Origin: Sedimentisphaerales bacterium
Lineage (GTDB): Bacteria; Planctomycetota; Phycisphaerae; Sedimentisphaerales; Anaerobacaceae
DNA: 64,000 nt
Assembly (NCBI GenBank): GCA_040772485.1
Contig: JAXGYC010000009.1
Coordinates: forward strand, 224,001 to 288,000
Reading direction: 5' to 3'
Below, piece after piece: positions 10,211 to 20,002 of this stretch. The notes under the pieces are model-generated. The model was given only the letters and a program-made list of their open reading frames with translations, was not told the origin of the DNA and made no database searches. Positions within the stretch are counted from its first letter, which is position 1. Each line of letters begins with the position of its first letter. The position numbers were made by a program, and so were the translations under genes.

Positions 10211-13114
10211 ATGGGAAGCACACGCGTTTGCAGTGGCCCACCTGCGGCGGGCTACGTTCAGTTCCTTGCAGTGGTTCTGGGGATGTGTGCCTATGCGGGC
10301 ACACTACAAACGGCGGTCTGCGCCGGCGCTCCAGCGCGAGGCAGGGGCGAATCATCATTCGCCCTTACAGCGGATTGGCGGTTCGCCAAGGGCGAGCAGG
10401 CCGAGAATGTCACGCAGTTGGATTTCGACGATTCGGCCTGGCAGGCGGTGCGCCTGCCGCATGACTGGGCGATTGCCGGACCGTTCAACCCCAGCGAGAA
10501 TGGCTACGCGGGCAAGCTGCCCTGGCGCGGGGTGGGGTGGTATCGCAAGACGTTCCGGCTCGACGAGGCCGATCAGGGCCGGCGGGTGTATCTCGACTTC
10601 GACGGCGTGATGGCCTTCCCGAAGGTGTACGTCAACGGGCAACTGGCCGGCGAATGGGATTACGGCTACATGTCGTTTCGCGTCGATGCCACGCCGTACG
10701 TGAAGTCTGGCCAGATGAACGTCATCGCGGTCCAGGCCGACACGCGCCAGCACGGCACGCGGTGGTATCCCGGCGCGGGGATCTACCGCAAGGTGACGAT
10801 GACGGTCTGCGAGCCGGTGCATCTGGCGCACTGGGGCACGTACGTGACCACGCCGCAGGTGACGGACGAATCGGCCATGGTTCGCGTGCGATCGACGGTG
10901 GACAATCACACGGATGTCGAATCCAAAGTGGCGATTGAGGTTATCTTGCTCGACCCAAAGGGCAAATCGGTTGCCTCCGGCAGGAGAGAAACCGACGTGC
11001 CGGCCGGCGGCGCGACCGAGGTGGATCAGACGTTCACGATCAAGAACCCGCAACGATGGGACGTCGACCATCCGCACCTGTACGCCGTCAAGACGATCGT
11101 CCGCGCCGAGAACGCGGTCACCGATATGGAAGACACGACGTTCGGCATTCGGACGTTCGAATTCACAGCCGACGACGGGTTCCATCTGAACGGTCGGCGG
11201 CTCCAGCTCTACGGCGCTTGCCTGCACCACGACCACGGGCCGCTCGGCGCCGCCTTCTATCCGCGGGCCATGGAGCGCCAACTGGAGATCATGCGCGAGA
11301 TGGGCGTCAACGCCATCCGCACCAGTCACAATCCACCGGCGCCGGAGTTGCTGTCGTTGTGCGACCGAATGGGGTTCGTCGTCTGGGACGAGGCCTTTGA
11401 CAAGTGGGACGGGACCGCCGGCCGGCAGCGCGGCGAGCCGCCGTTGGAGGAATTCGGCGAGAGGCAGATCCGCAACATGGTGATGCGCGACCGGAACAGC
11501 CCGAGCGTGGTGGTCTGGTCCATTGGCAACGAGATCGGCGCCGGCCGCGAGGGTGTGACGCCGGAGCGCGTGAAGTTCATGAGCGACTTCGTGCGCAAAT
11601 ACGATCCGACGCGTCCGGTGGGGATGGGTTGTCACATCCCGGGCATGGTCGACCAACCCAACTTCGATGCGCTGGACCTGACCGGCTGGAACTACTCTCG
11701 GAGATACGCCAACTACCGCCAGAAGTATCCCGACAAACCCATCGTCTACAGCGAATCGGCATCCGCGCTCAGCACGCGGGGCTTCTACGATTTCCCCCTG
11801 CCCACGACCAAGACCGACTATGCAGACGGCGCGTTGCAGGTCTGCTCTTACGACCTGAATGCGGCCGCCTGGTCGGATATCCCCGACGCCGAGTTCAAGC
11901 TCATGGCCGACGACCGTTTCGTCGCCGGCGAGTTCGTGTGGACCGGATTCGATTATCTCGGCGAGCCGACGCCGTTCAGCCAGGAGGCGCGCAGTTCCTA
12001 TTTCGGCGTGGTCGATCTGTGCGGCATGCCGAAGGACCGATTCTACCTGTATCGTAGCTACTGGCGACCGGAGACGACCACCGTACATATCCTGCCGCAC
12101 TGGAACTGGCCCGGCCGCGTCGGGCAGCTCGTCCCGGTGTTCGTGTATACCAACGGCGACTCGGCCGAGCTGTTTCTCAACGGCAAGTCGCTCGGACGCC
12201 GACAGAAAGGCGTGATCCCGGAACGACCGGTCAACTTCGCCAAGGGCAGGGTGGCGACCGCCAGCAGCAGCCAGACCGACCACACGCCGGATAGCGCCAA
12301 CGACGGTGCCCCAGACAGCCGCTGGACGGCTGCTTCCGGCCAGGCCGAGCAATGGTGGCAGGTCGATCTCGGGCAGGTCCAATCCATCAAATACCTCGCG
12401 ATCGAATTTGAACGCGAGGAAAAGCTGTACGGCTACGAGATCAAGGTCTCGTCCGATGCGTCCGACTGGGAGACGATCCTGACCAAACCGACCAGCCGCG
12501 AGCCGCGCTGGGGTGGGCCGAAGCAGATCTTCCACAGCGTGGACACGCAGGCCCGCTACGTGCGGATCGAGTTTCACGAGTTGCGCGAGAATGCGTGGGC
12601 CGCCGTCGCCGAGTTTGCCGTCTACCCCGAGTACTGCGAATCGGATTACTACGATGTCACTTACGCGTATCGTCTGCGCTGGAACGACGTCGTGTACGAG
12701 CCGGGTGAGCTGAAGGCCGTGGCGTACAAGGCGGGCAAAAAGATCGGCGAAGCGGTCATGCGCACCGCGAGCGAGCCGGCCAGGCTCCGCCTGACACCCG
12801 ACCGAACCCGATTGACCGCCACGGGCGAGGACCTGGCGTACATCCTGGTCGAGGCGCTCGACGGCAAGGGGACGCTTTGCCCTCTGGCCGATAACCTCGT
12901 TCAGTTTGAGATCAGCGGCCCGGCTGAAATCGCCGGCATTGGCAACGGAAACCCGCTTTCGCTCGAACCGTTCCAGGACGACAGTCACAAGCTGTTCCAC
13001 GGCAAGGCCATGCTGATCCTCCGCACGCTCGAAGGGCAGCTTGGCCGGATTCGTGTCACTGCCCGCGCCGAAGGCCTCAAAGACGGCCGAGCGCAGCTAC
13101 AGGCTCGACGCTGA
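10211..13114 (+). CDS. GH2 beta-galactosidase-like enzyme with inserted F5/8 (CBM32-like) module
   Basis: AAGGAG RBS; VRLPHDWAI, NAIRTSHNPP, WSIGNE (acid/base), YSESAS, EFVWTGFDYLGEP motifs. Confidence 0.92.
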   Translation: MGSTRVCSGPPAAGYVQFLAVVLGMCAYAGTLQTAVCAGAPARGRGESSFALTADWRFAKGEQAENVTQLDFDDSAWQAVRLPHDWAIAGPFNPSENGYAGKLPWRGVGWYRKTFRLDEADQGRRVYLDFDGVMAFPKVYVNGQLAGEWDYGYMSFRVDATPYVKSGQMNVIAVQADTRQHGTRWYPGAGIYRKVTMTVCEPVHLAHWGTYVTTPQVTDESAMVRVRSTVDNHTDVESKVAIEVILLDPKGKSVASGRRETDVPAGGATEVDQTFTIKNPQRWDVDHPHLYAVKTIVRAENAVTDMEDTTFGIRTFEFTADDGFHLNGRRLQLYGACLHHDHGPLGAAFYPRAMERQLEIMREMGVNAIRTSHNPPAPELLSLCDRMGFVVWDEAFDKWDGTAGRQRGEPPLEEFGERQIRNMVMRDRNSPSVVVWSIGNEIGAGREGVTPERVKFMSDFVRKYDPTRPVGMGCHIPGMVDQPNFDALDLTGWNYSRRYANYRQKYPDKPIVYSESASALSTRGFYDFPLPTTKTDYADGALQVCSYDLNAAAWSDIPDAEFKLMADDRFVAGEFVWTGFDYLGEPTPFSQEARSSYFGVVDLCGMPKDRFYLYRSYWRPETTTVHILPHWNWPGRVGQLVPVFVYTNGDSAELFLNGKSLGRRQKGVIPERPVNFAKGRVATASSSQTDHTPDSANDGAPDSRWTAASGQAEQWWQVDLGQVQSIKYLAIEFEREEKLYGYEIKVSSDASDWETILTKPTSREPRWGGPKQIFHSVDTQARYVRIEFHELRENAWAAVAEFAVYPEYCESDYYDVTYAYRLRWNDVVYEPGELKAVAYKAGKKIGEAVMRTASEPARLRLTPDRTRLTATGEDLAYILVEALDGKGTLCPLADNLVQFEISGPAEIAGIGNGNPLSLEPFQDDSHKLFHGKAMLILRTLEGQLGRIRVTARAEGLKDGRAQLQARR
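10225..10368. repeat. REP doublet (10225-10314) plus GTAG-type REP (10341-10368) within the GH2 N-terminal coding region
   Basis: cgtttgcagtg...cactacaaacg inverted termini; gcaggggcgaatcatcattcgcccttac matches the REP at 7891. Confidence 0.8.
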
Positions 13115-13129
13115 GAAAAGGAGGATGTC

Positions 13130-14962
13130 ATGATGACGAATGCGAATCGCAGACGCCAGTTGGATTCCTTGGGAACAAGGGGGTGTGGACTCCTGGTCTT
13201 GTTGGCGCTGCCGCTTCTGACCGAGATCGCTCCGGCGCTGGAGCAGCCCGTCAAGATCACCTTCCAGGGCCGCGTGCCGGAGCACAAGTGGACACTGGAA
13301 CAGCTCGATCCGCAATGGCCCTCGGACTGGTCGTCGTACGATTATCTTGTCATCGAGATGAAGGCCTCCTCGCCTCAACGTTTCTCCCTGTGGATTCATA
13401 CCGCCGACGGGAAGCGCCGTGTGATGTTCCAGCCGCTCGGGCAGAACATCTGGCTGCGCGCCTCGGTCCCGCTCCAGTACTTCCGAGGCAGAGACCAGCG
13501 GGGCAACGACCTGGCTTCGGCCAACAATCGGCGCTGGGACTCGTTCTGGCTGTCGACTTGGGGTCCATTCGGCGACCTGAAGAACGTCGAGGCGCTCAGC
13601 GTGGTGATGGACTATCCTCTGAACGCCCCGACGCTGGAGATTCGGTCCGTCGAGCTGTCGAAAGAGGACAAAGGCTCGAAGTTCCTGGAACCTGAGCCTT
13701 ATGTCGACCAGTTCGGGCAATGGGCCCGGGGGAACTGGCCGCGCAGGATCGCCAGCCGCGAGCAGCTTCAGAAGGAACTGGAGCAGGAGCGCAGCGCGCT
13801 TGGTGGCAGCGACGAGTTCGGCTACTGCGAATACGGCGGCTACAAGGCCACACAGGCGAGAGCCACCGGCTTCTTCCGCGTCGAGCAGATCGACGGCAAG
13901 TGGTGGTTTGTGGACCCTCACGGCCATCTTTTCCTGTCGACCGGCTCGAATTGCATCAGCACCGGCGGGCGTCGCGGCGGCGATGAGGCTCCTGAGCCTG
14001 GACGCAATCTCGTCTCGCAGCGCATGAGCGCCTGGGGCTTCAACACCGTCGGCAACTGGTCGTGGTTTCGCGTTTCCGACGAGGTCGACCGCAAGGTATA
14101 TGTCGTGACGTTCCGAACCCCACGGGCGGAGCCGGCGTATCTGGGCATGCCCGACGTCTACTCGGAGGACTTTGCCCGCCGCGTGGATGAGGCGGCCCGT
14201 CAGCAGTGCGCCTCGCTTAAGGACGACCCCTGGCTGCTCGGTTACTTCATCGGCAACGAGCCGGCGTGGCCGGACCGCGAGAGCGAGGTCGTGGACCTGT
14301 TCCTTCATGGCCCGGACACCGCGACGAAAGCGAAGCTCCAGGCCTTTCTGGCCGCCGGCGATACGCCGCAACGCCGTGTGGAATTCGTCTATGGAATGTT
14401 CGAGAAATACCTTTCGCTGATCGGTGATGCGATCAAGCGATACGACGCGAACCATCTGAATCTGGGCATTCGGTTCGGCGGCTCGCCGCCGGAAGGCGTC
14501 ATGCGCCTCGGCAGGAGTTTCGACGTGTGCAGCATCAATGTGTACGAATACGAGCCGACGGCGCAGCTCAAACGCGTGTACGAAGCGACCGGCCGGCCGA
14601 TCATGATCGGCGAGTTCCACTTCGGTGTGCCGGCCGACGGGCTGGGCGCGGGCCTGGTCCAGACCGGTGGCCAGATCGAGCGGGGCAAAGGCTATCGCTA
14701 CTACGTCGAGCAGGCGGCGGCCCTGCCCTGTTTCGTGGGGGCGCACTGGTTCCAGTGGACCGATGAGCCGGTCCTCGGGCGTTTTGACGGCGAGAACTAC
14801 AACATCGGCCTGGTCGATGTCACGAATCGGCCCTACGTCGAGCTGATCGAGGCCGCCAAGGCCACGCACCGTCGTCTGCACGATGTCCACGCCGGCAAGG
14901 CGGCCCCTTTCGACGAGAGGCCCAAGGCCTCAGCGGCCGGCACGCCTCGGTCGCCTTGGTAG
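13130..14962 (+). CDS. GH50/beta-agarase-like clan GH-A glycoside hydrolase
   Basis: ATGFFRVEQIDGKWWFVDP, WGFNTVGNWS, GYFIGNE, MIGEFHFG, GENYNIGLVD motifs; signal peptide. Confidence 0.75.
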   Translation: MMTNANRRRQLDSLGTRGCGLLVLLALPLLTEIAPALEQPVKITFQGRVPEHKWTLEQLDPQWPSDWSSYDYLVIEMKASSPQRFSLWIHTADGKRRVMFQPLGQNIWLRASVPLQYFRGRDQRGNDLASANNRRWDSFWLSTWGPFGDLKNVEALSVVMDYPLNAPTLEIRSVELSKEDKGSKFLEPEPYVDQFGQWARGNWPRRIASREQLQKELEQERSALGGSDEFGYCEYGGYKATQARATGFFRVEQIDGKWWFVDPHGHLFLSTGSNCISTGGRRGGDEAPEPGRNLVSQRMSAWGFNTVGNWSWFRVSDEVDRKVYVVTFRTPRAEPAYLGMPDVYSEDFARRVDEAARQQCASLKDDPWLLGYFIGNEPAWPDRESEVVDLFLHGPDTATKAKLQAFLAAGDTPQRRVEFVYGMFEKYLSLIGDAIKRYDANHLNLGIRFGGSPPEGVMRLGRSFDVCSINVYEYEPTAQLKRVYEATGRPIMIGEFHFGVPADGLGAGLVQTGGQIERGKGYRYYVEQAAALPCFVGAHWFQWTDEPVLGRFDGENYNIGLVDVTNRPYVELIEAAKATHRRLHDVHAGKAAPFDERPKASAAGTPRSPW

Positions 14963-15011
14963 CCGGCAGAGTTGAGCCTTCCGTTGCAGAGCGTTGGGGC
15001 CAGGTGAGTCC

Positions 15012-16166
15012 ATGAGAAGGTATCTGAGCTACGCCGTTCGTGTTCTTGTTGTTGTGGTGGTCTTGGTGGTCGTGTTCTACCGCGTCAGAATGTCGCCGAT
15101 TCCCGTGACGGCCTTCGCCGTCACACGAGGTCCCGTCGCCGCCGAGGCCATGGGCACCGGGACGCTGACGGCGCACACCAGGGCCACGATCGGTCCGGAG
15201 ATCCAGGGCCGCCTGACCGAACTGACGGTGGACCAGAATGACGAGGTCGCCAAGGGCCAGCTCCTTGCCCGCCTGGACGATTCGGACCTGCGGGAGCAGC
15301 AGGCCATTGCGAAGGCCAACCTGGAGGCGGCGCGGGCCACTTACGACCGGGTCATAGCCGAGCAGGAGCGGGTCCAAGCGATTGTTGCCCAAGCCCGACG
15401 CGAGTACGATCGCCAGTTTCAGCTCCAGGCCAAGCAGATTGCGTCGGCGGCCGAGTTGGACAAGAGCCGCGAGCTTCTTGAGGTGGCCGAGGCCGAAGAG
15501 GCCCGAGCCGTTGCCGCCATTGCTGAAGCCCAGAAACTGATTGTCGCTGCGGAACGGACTCTGGACTATCAGAGTGCCAGGCTGGCCGACACGTGTATCT
15601 ACAGCCCGTTTGAAGGGCTGATCGTCCGGCGGGACCGCGACTTGGGCGACGTCGTGGTTCCCGGCGCGTCGGTGTTTCAGTTGATCTCGACCCGGGACCT
15701 GTGGGTCTCGGCCTGGGTGGACGAGTCTTTTCGGGCGGCTCTGCAATCTGGACAGAAGGCGCGAATCGTCTTTCGCTCGGAGCCGGGAAGGGAGTACGCC
15801 GGCTCGGTCATCCGGATCAGTCGGGAGGTGGACCCGGAGACACGCGAGTTTCTGGTCGACGTGGCGCCGGATCAGTTGCCACAGGGATGGGCCATCGGGC
15901 AGCGCGCAGAGGTCTTCATCCTGACCGGACGAAAAGACAACGTGGTCCGGATCCCGGGCCGAATGATCCGCTGGCGGGACAATCAGGCCGGCGTATGGGT
16001 GAACGAAGAGGGCAAGGCGAGTTGGCGAGCCCTCGAGCTGGGCATGACGGGCAGGGAGTTCACGGAGGTTGTCGGTGGCCTGGCCGACAACGATACGGTG
16101 ATTGCGGCGACTGAGTCCCACGCCAAGAAGTTGCAGCCGGGCAGGCGGGTGGTGAGCGCACCATGA
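15012..16166 (+). CDS. Efflux transporter periplasmic adaptor (membrane fusion protein)
   Basis: N-terminal TM, lipoyl-like VAKGQLLARLD, coiled-coil hairpin, IYSPFEG motif. Confidence 0.9.
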   Translation: MRRYLSYAVRVLVVVVVLVVVFYRVRMSPIPVTAFAVTRGPVAAEAMGTGTLTAHTRATIGPEIQGRLTELTVDQNDEVAKGQLLARLDDSDLREQQAIAKANLEAARATYDRVIAEQERVQAIVAQARREYDRQFQLQAKQIASAAELDKSRELLEVAEAEEARAVAAIAEAQKLIVAAERTLDYQSARLADTCIYSPFEGLIVRRDRDLGDVVVPGASVFQLISTRDLWVSAWVDESFRAALQSGQKARIVFRSEPGREYAGSVIRISREVDPETREFLVDVAPDQLPQGWAIGQRAEVFILTGRKDNVVRIPGRMIRWRDNQAGVWVNEEGKASWRALELGMTGREFTEVVGGLADNDTVIAATESHAKKLQPGRRVVSAP

Positions 16167-17371
16167 ATCTGGCCATCCGCGATATCCGCCACAAGCTCAG
16201 CCGGTTCCTGCTCACCGCTGTGGGCACCGGCCTGCTGTTGATGATCGTCATGGGGATGGGGGGAATCTACCAGGGCCTCAGTGAGGACGCGCTGAGCTTT
16301 CTGGAACGGACGAAGGCGGACTTCTGGGTCGTGCAGAGAGGGACGCGCGGCCCGTTTGCAGAGATCTCGCGCGTACCATGGAGTCTGGAGGATCGCGTCC
16401 ATGCCGTCACCGGCGTGTCCGCGGCCCGCGCTTTCGTATCGCATACGATTCAGCGGGAATTCCGCGGGCGGCCCCTTCGCATCGTCGTACAGGGACTGGC
16501 GTGGCCGCGAGACGACGGCCGGACGCTGCCGCTGATGGCCGGCCGGGCGATAAGGCAGGCCCACTACGAGATGCTTGCCGACCGCTCGCTCGGTCTGCGT
16601 CTCGGCGAGCGCATCCCGCTGGGCAAGGACGTCTACACCGTCGTGGGAATCACGACCGGCATGGTGGGCCAGAGCGGCGACGGTATCGCGTTCTTCACCG
16701 TCTCCGATGCGATTGCCATCCAGTACGATGCGCCGGGGGAGGCGGTCCGCCTCGAACGCCAGGCGAGGCGGTCGCGGTTGCTGAAGCAGGACCTGGGCAA
16801 CACACAGCCGGTCATGCTGGAGCGGGCGGCGGGCCCCACGTCAGAGCTACCAGCGCTGGGCACGCAGAATGTCAGTGCGATCATGGTGAACGTCTCGCCC
16901 GGGACGGATCCGGCACGGGTGGCGAGGGTCCTTTCCGGCTGGAGCGATGTGACGGTGTACACCAACGACGCGCAGCGCGACCTGCTGCTCAAGGCGATCG
17001 AACGCAATCGCAAGCAGATCGGCATGTTCCGCACGTTGCTCGTCATCATCTCCGCCATTATCATGGCGCTGATTCTCTACACCCTGACCCTGGACAAAAT
17101 CCACGATATTGCCATGCTCAAGCTGATGGGCGCGCGGAACCGGGTCATCGTGGTGCTGATCCTGCAGCAGGCCCTTCTATTGGGGGCTATGGGCTATGGC
17201 CTGGCCCACGTCATCGGGCTTTGGGTCTTTCCCCTCTTTCCCCGGCGAGTAGCCATCACCCAGGCAAGCCTGGTGCAGCTTGGCGTTGTCGTTCTCGCGA
17301 TCTCTATTCTCTCCAGTTTTCTGGGCATCTGGAAAGCGATGTCCATTCAACCGAACGAGATCCTGTCATGA
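16163..17371 (+). CDS. ABC transporter permease, MacB/FtsX family
   Basis: MNLAIRDIRH start; IAMLKLMGA motif; 4-TM layout; ATGA overlap with the adaptor gene. Confidence 0.9.
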   Translation: MNLAIRDIRHKLSRFLLTAVGTGLLLMIVMGMGGIYQGLSEDALSFLERTKADFWVVQRGTRGPFAEISRVPWSLEDRVHAVTGVSAARAFVSHTIQREFRGRPLRIVVQGLAWPRDDGRTLPLMAGRAIRQAHYEMLADRSLGLRLGERIPLGKDVYTVVGITTGMVGQSGDGIAFFTVSDAIAIQYDAPGEAVRLERQARRSRLLKQDLGNTQPVMLERAAGPTSELPALGTQNVSAIMVNVSPGTDPARVARVLSGWSDVTVYTNDAQRDLLLKAIERNRKQIGMFRTLLVIISAIIMALILYTLTLDKIHDIAMLKLMGARNRVIVVLILQQALLLGAMGYGLAHVIGLWVFPLFPRRVAITQASLVQLGVVVLAISILSSFLGIWKAMSIQPNEILS

Positions 17372-18084
17372 GAACCGTCATCCAATCCGACGCTCTTTCG
17401 GTCGAGGCCCGGTCGCTCACGAAGATTTATGGGCGGGACAATACCGAGGTCGTGGCCATGCGCGACGTCTCGTTCCAGGTTTCGCGGGGTGAAGTGGTGG
17501 CTCTACTGGGACCGAGCGGTGCGGGCAAATCGACGCTTCTGACCGCCATCGGGCTGGTCAATCCGCCCACGTCCGGCGAGATTGCCATCGGTGGCTGCCC
17601 GGTGATGAGCGGGCCCAGAGCGCTGGTCGACATCCGCGCGTTCCGACGGAAGCACCTGGGGTTCGTGTTCCAGAAGGCGAATCTCATTCCATTCCTCACC
17701 GCTCTGGAGAATGTGCAGGTGGCGATGGAGATCAATGATGCCCCCGCCCGCAAGGCTCGAAAACGCGCCTGGGAACTGCTGGAGTATCTGGGTGTCGCCG
17801 ACCGCTGTCGCAATCTGCCCTCGATGCTTTCGGGGGGCCAGCAACAGCGCGTGGCGGTGGCCCGTGCGCTGGCGAACGATCCGAGTCTGATCCTGGCCGA
17901 TGAGCCGACCGCGGCGCTCGACAGCCATCGTGGGCGTCAGGTGATGGAGTTGTTCCGGATGGTCGCGCACGAGCAGAAGGCCGGCGTTATTGTCGTGACG
18001 CACGACCAGCGGGCATTGGATGTTTTCGACCGGATTCTCGAAATGGAGGATGGGGTCTTGCGACCCTCCGCACCGGCAACATGA
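17368..18084 (+). CDS. ABC transporter ATP-binding protein (LolD/MacB-like)
   Basis: Walker [18 protein letters not shown] signature, [13 protein letters not shown]. Confidence 0.95.
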   Translation: MRTVIQSDALSVEARSLTKIYGRDNTEVVAMRDVSFQVSRGEVVALLGPSGAGKSTLLTAIGLVNPPTSGEIAIGGCPVMSGPRALVDIRAFRRKHLGFVFQKANLIPFLTALENVQVAMEINDAPARKARKRAWELLEYLGVADRCRNLPSMLSGGQQQRVAVARALANDPSLILADEPTAALDSHRGRQVMELFRMVAHEQKAGVIVVTHDQRALDVFDRILEMEDGVLRPSAPAT

Positions 18085-18113
18085 AGCAGGTTCGTCACAG
18101 GAGACGGCTTGTC

Positions 18114-19985
18114 ATGAGCACGAATCTCGCAGTGTTCTTCTTGTTGGTTGGCGCCATCGTGTCGCTCGCAGCGGCGCAGAATCCAAGGACAGGAGGGTTC
18201 GGCGGGACGCGCCCGCCGGCGAACAACGAGCGGGGATTGCGCGAGCTGACGGACGAGGAGATTCCGCCCAACCTGAACTTCTACGCGATGGACCCGCTTT
18301 ACGATCCGAATGCGAAGCTGGGCTGGGCCTCGCAGCGGATCGAGGAGACGCTTGACCGTGGCATGCTCGCCTTGGCGATGGGTGAAGGCCGCGTCTATCT
18401 CGACTGGCGATTGCTCAAGACCGACCCGGAGGCGATTGCCTTCAACGTCTATCGCTCGAGCGCCGGCGGCGAGCCGGTGAAGCTGAACGCCGAGCCGATT
18501 CGCAAGACCACGGATTTCATCGACGCCGATGCGCCCCTGGATCGGCCGAACGCGTGGTGGGTCGTGCCGGTGGTGGATGGCTCGGAGCTGGCGCGGTCGG
18601 CGCCAGTCGAGCTTGCGGCGAGTGCCCCGGCGCAGCAGTACAAAGCGATCAAGCTCAAGGACGACGTTCGCGGGGTGTCCATCGTCGGCATCGGCGACCT
18701 GAACGGCGACGGTGTCTATGACTTCGTTGTCAAGCACCCCGCCGGAGGGAAGGACCCGGGCCGCGTCGGTCCCAACCGAGGTTCGTACAAGTATGACGGC
18801 TACGACGGCGCGACGGGCGAATTCCTGTGGCGGATCGACCTGGGCTGGAACGTGGACATGGGGATCTGGTGGACGCCCATGGTCGTTCGCGACCTCGACG
18901 GCGACAACAAGGCGGAGGTCTGTGTGAGGACCGCGCCGTATGCGGCCAGCGCCGACGAGATGTTCCCCAGCGGCAAGACCGGATTTGTCATGGAAGGGCC
19001 CGAGTACCTGACGGTCTACAACGGCGCCAACGGCGCCGAGATCGACAAGGTCGACTGGATCGAGCGGGGCAGGGTCCAGGACTGGGGCGACAACACCGGC
19101 AATCGCTCCTGTCGTCACATGATGGGCGTGGCCTACCTGGACGGCAGGACCCCGGCAGTGTTGGTGGTTCGCGGCATCTACGGGATGATGAAGATCGACG
19201 CCTGGGTGCTGAAGGACCGCAAGCTCCAGAAGGTCTGGCGCTGGACCAATGAGCGGGCTCCCTTCATGTACCAGGGCCAGGGTCAGCACAGCATCAAGAC
19301 CGGCGACATCGACGGCGACGGCTGCGATGAGATTCTGGCCGGCTCGATTGCGATCGACAACGACGGTCGCACCCTCTGGGGCACTGGCTACGGACACGGC
19401 GACCGTTTCTATCTCGGTGACATTGACCCCGGCCGGCCCGGTCTGGAGGTCTGGTATATCTTCGAAGAGCCGCACCCGCACAACGGCGCGAGTCTGTGGG
19501 ACGCGCGGACCGGGAACCTGATCTTCGGAATTCCCGAATCGAACCGCGACAACGAGCTGGGCCTGGCCATCGCCGGTGACATCGATCCGGCGTATCCGGG
19601 CATGGAGTGCGCCGGCGGCCGGCATTTCTATACAGCGCAGGGCCTCAAGATCGATGGGCCCGTGCCGCCTCAGAACTTCCTCGTCTGGTGGGATGCCGAT
19701 CCGCTGCGCGAGATCCTTGCCTGGCGGGGCGTGTCCAAATGGAAGGGCGACTCGCTGACGGACATCCGAGGCGGCGTTCAGCAGATCGCCGATATCCTGG
19801 GCGACTGGCGCGAGGAGATCATCACGTATACCGATGGGGAGTTGCGCATCTACAGCACGATGATTCCAGCGGAGGACCGCCGCGTGTGCCTGATGCAGGA
19901 CCCGCTGTACCGCAACGACGTGACCCACCGCTCGATGGGCTACGCGCATTATCCCATGACCAGCTACTACCTGGGAAGCCGTTGA
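18114..19985 (+). CDS. Rhamnogalacturonan lyase family 11-like protein (YesW/YesX-like)
   Basis: ETLDRGMLA, repeated DxDGDG Ca-binding loops, GHGDRFY, ADILGDWREE, LMQDPLYR. Confidence 0.82.
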   Translation: MSTNLAVFFLLVGAIVSLAAAQNPRTGGFGGTRPPANNERGLRELTDEEIPPNLNFYAMDPLYDPNAKLGWASQRIEETLDRGMLALAMGEGRVYLDWRLLKTDPEAIAFNVYRSSAGGEPVKLNAEPIRKTTDFIDADAPLDRPNAWWVVPVVDGSELARSAPVELAASAPAQQYKAIKLKDDVRGVSIVGIGDLNGDGVYDFVVKHPAGGKDPGRVGPNRGSYKYDGYDGATGEFLWRIDLGWNVDMGIWWTPMVVRDLDGDNKAEVCVRTAPYAASADEMFPSGKTGFVMEGPEYLTVYNGANGAEIDKVDWIERGRVQDWGDNTGNRSCRHMMGVAYLDGRTPAVLVVRGIYGMMKIDAWVLKDRKLQKVWRWTNERAPFMYQGQGQHSIKTGDIDGDGCDEILAGSIAIDNDGRTLWGTGYGHGDRFYLGDIDPGRPGLEVWYIFEEPHPHNGASLWDARTGNLIFGIPESNRDNELGLAIAGDIDPAYPGMECAGGRHFYTAQGLKIDGPVPPQNFLVWWDADPLREILAWRGVSKWKGDSLTDIRGGVQQIADILGDWREEIITYTDGELRIYSTMIPAEDRRVCLMQDPLYRNDVTHRSMGYAHYPMTSYYLGSR

Positions 19986-20002
19986 GGTGGCGGAGTGACA
20001 AT

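Noticed and set aside
10355..13000. Very long antisense ORFs (this one, 692..2536, 17937..20030, 32705..34732, 53718..55736, 63146..63961 and others)
   Set aside because: Shadow frames of well-supported genes on the opposite strand, expected in high-GC DNA; no recognisable motifs.
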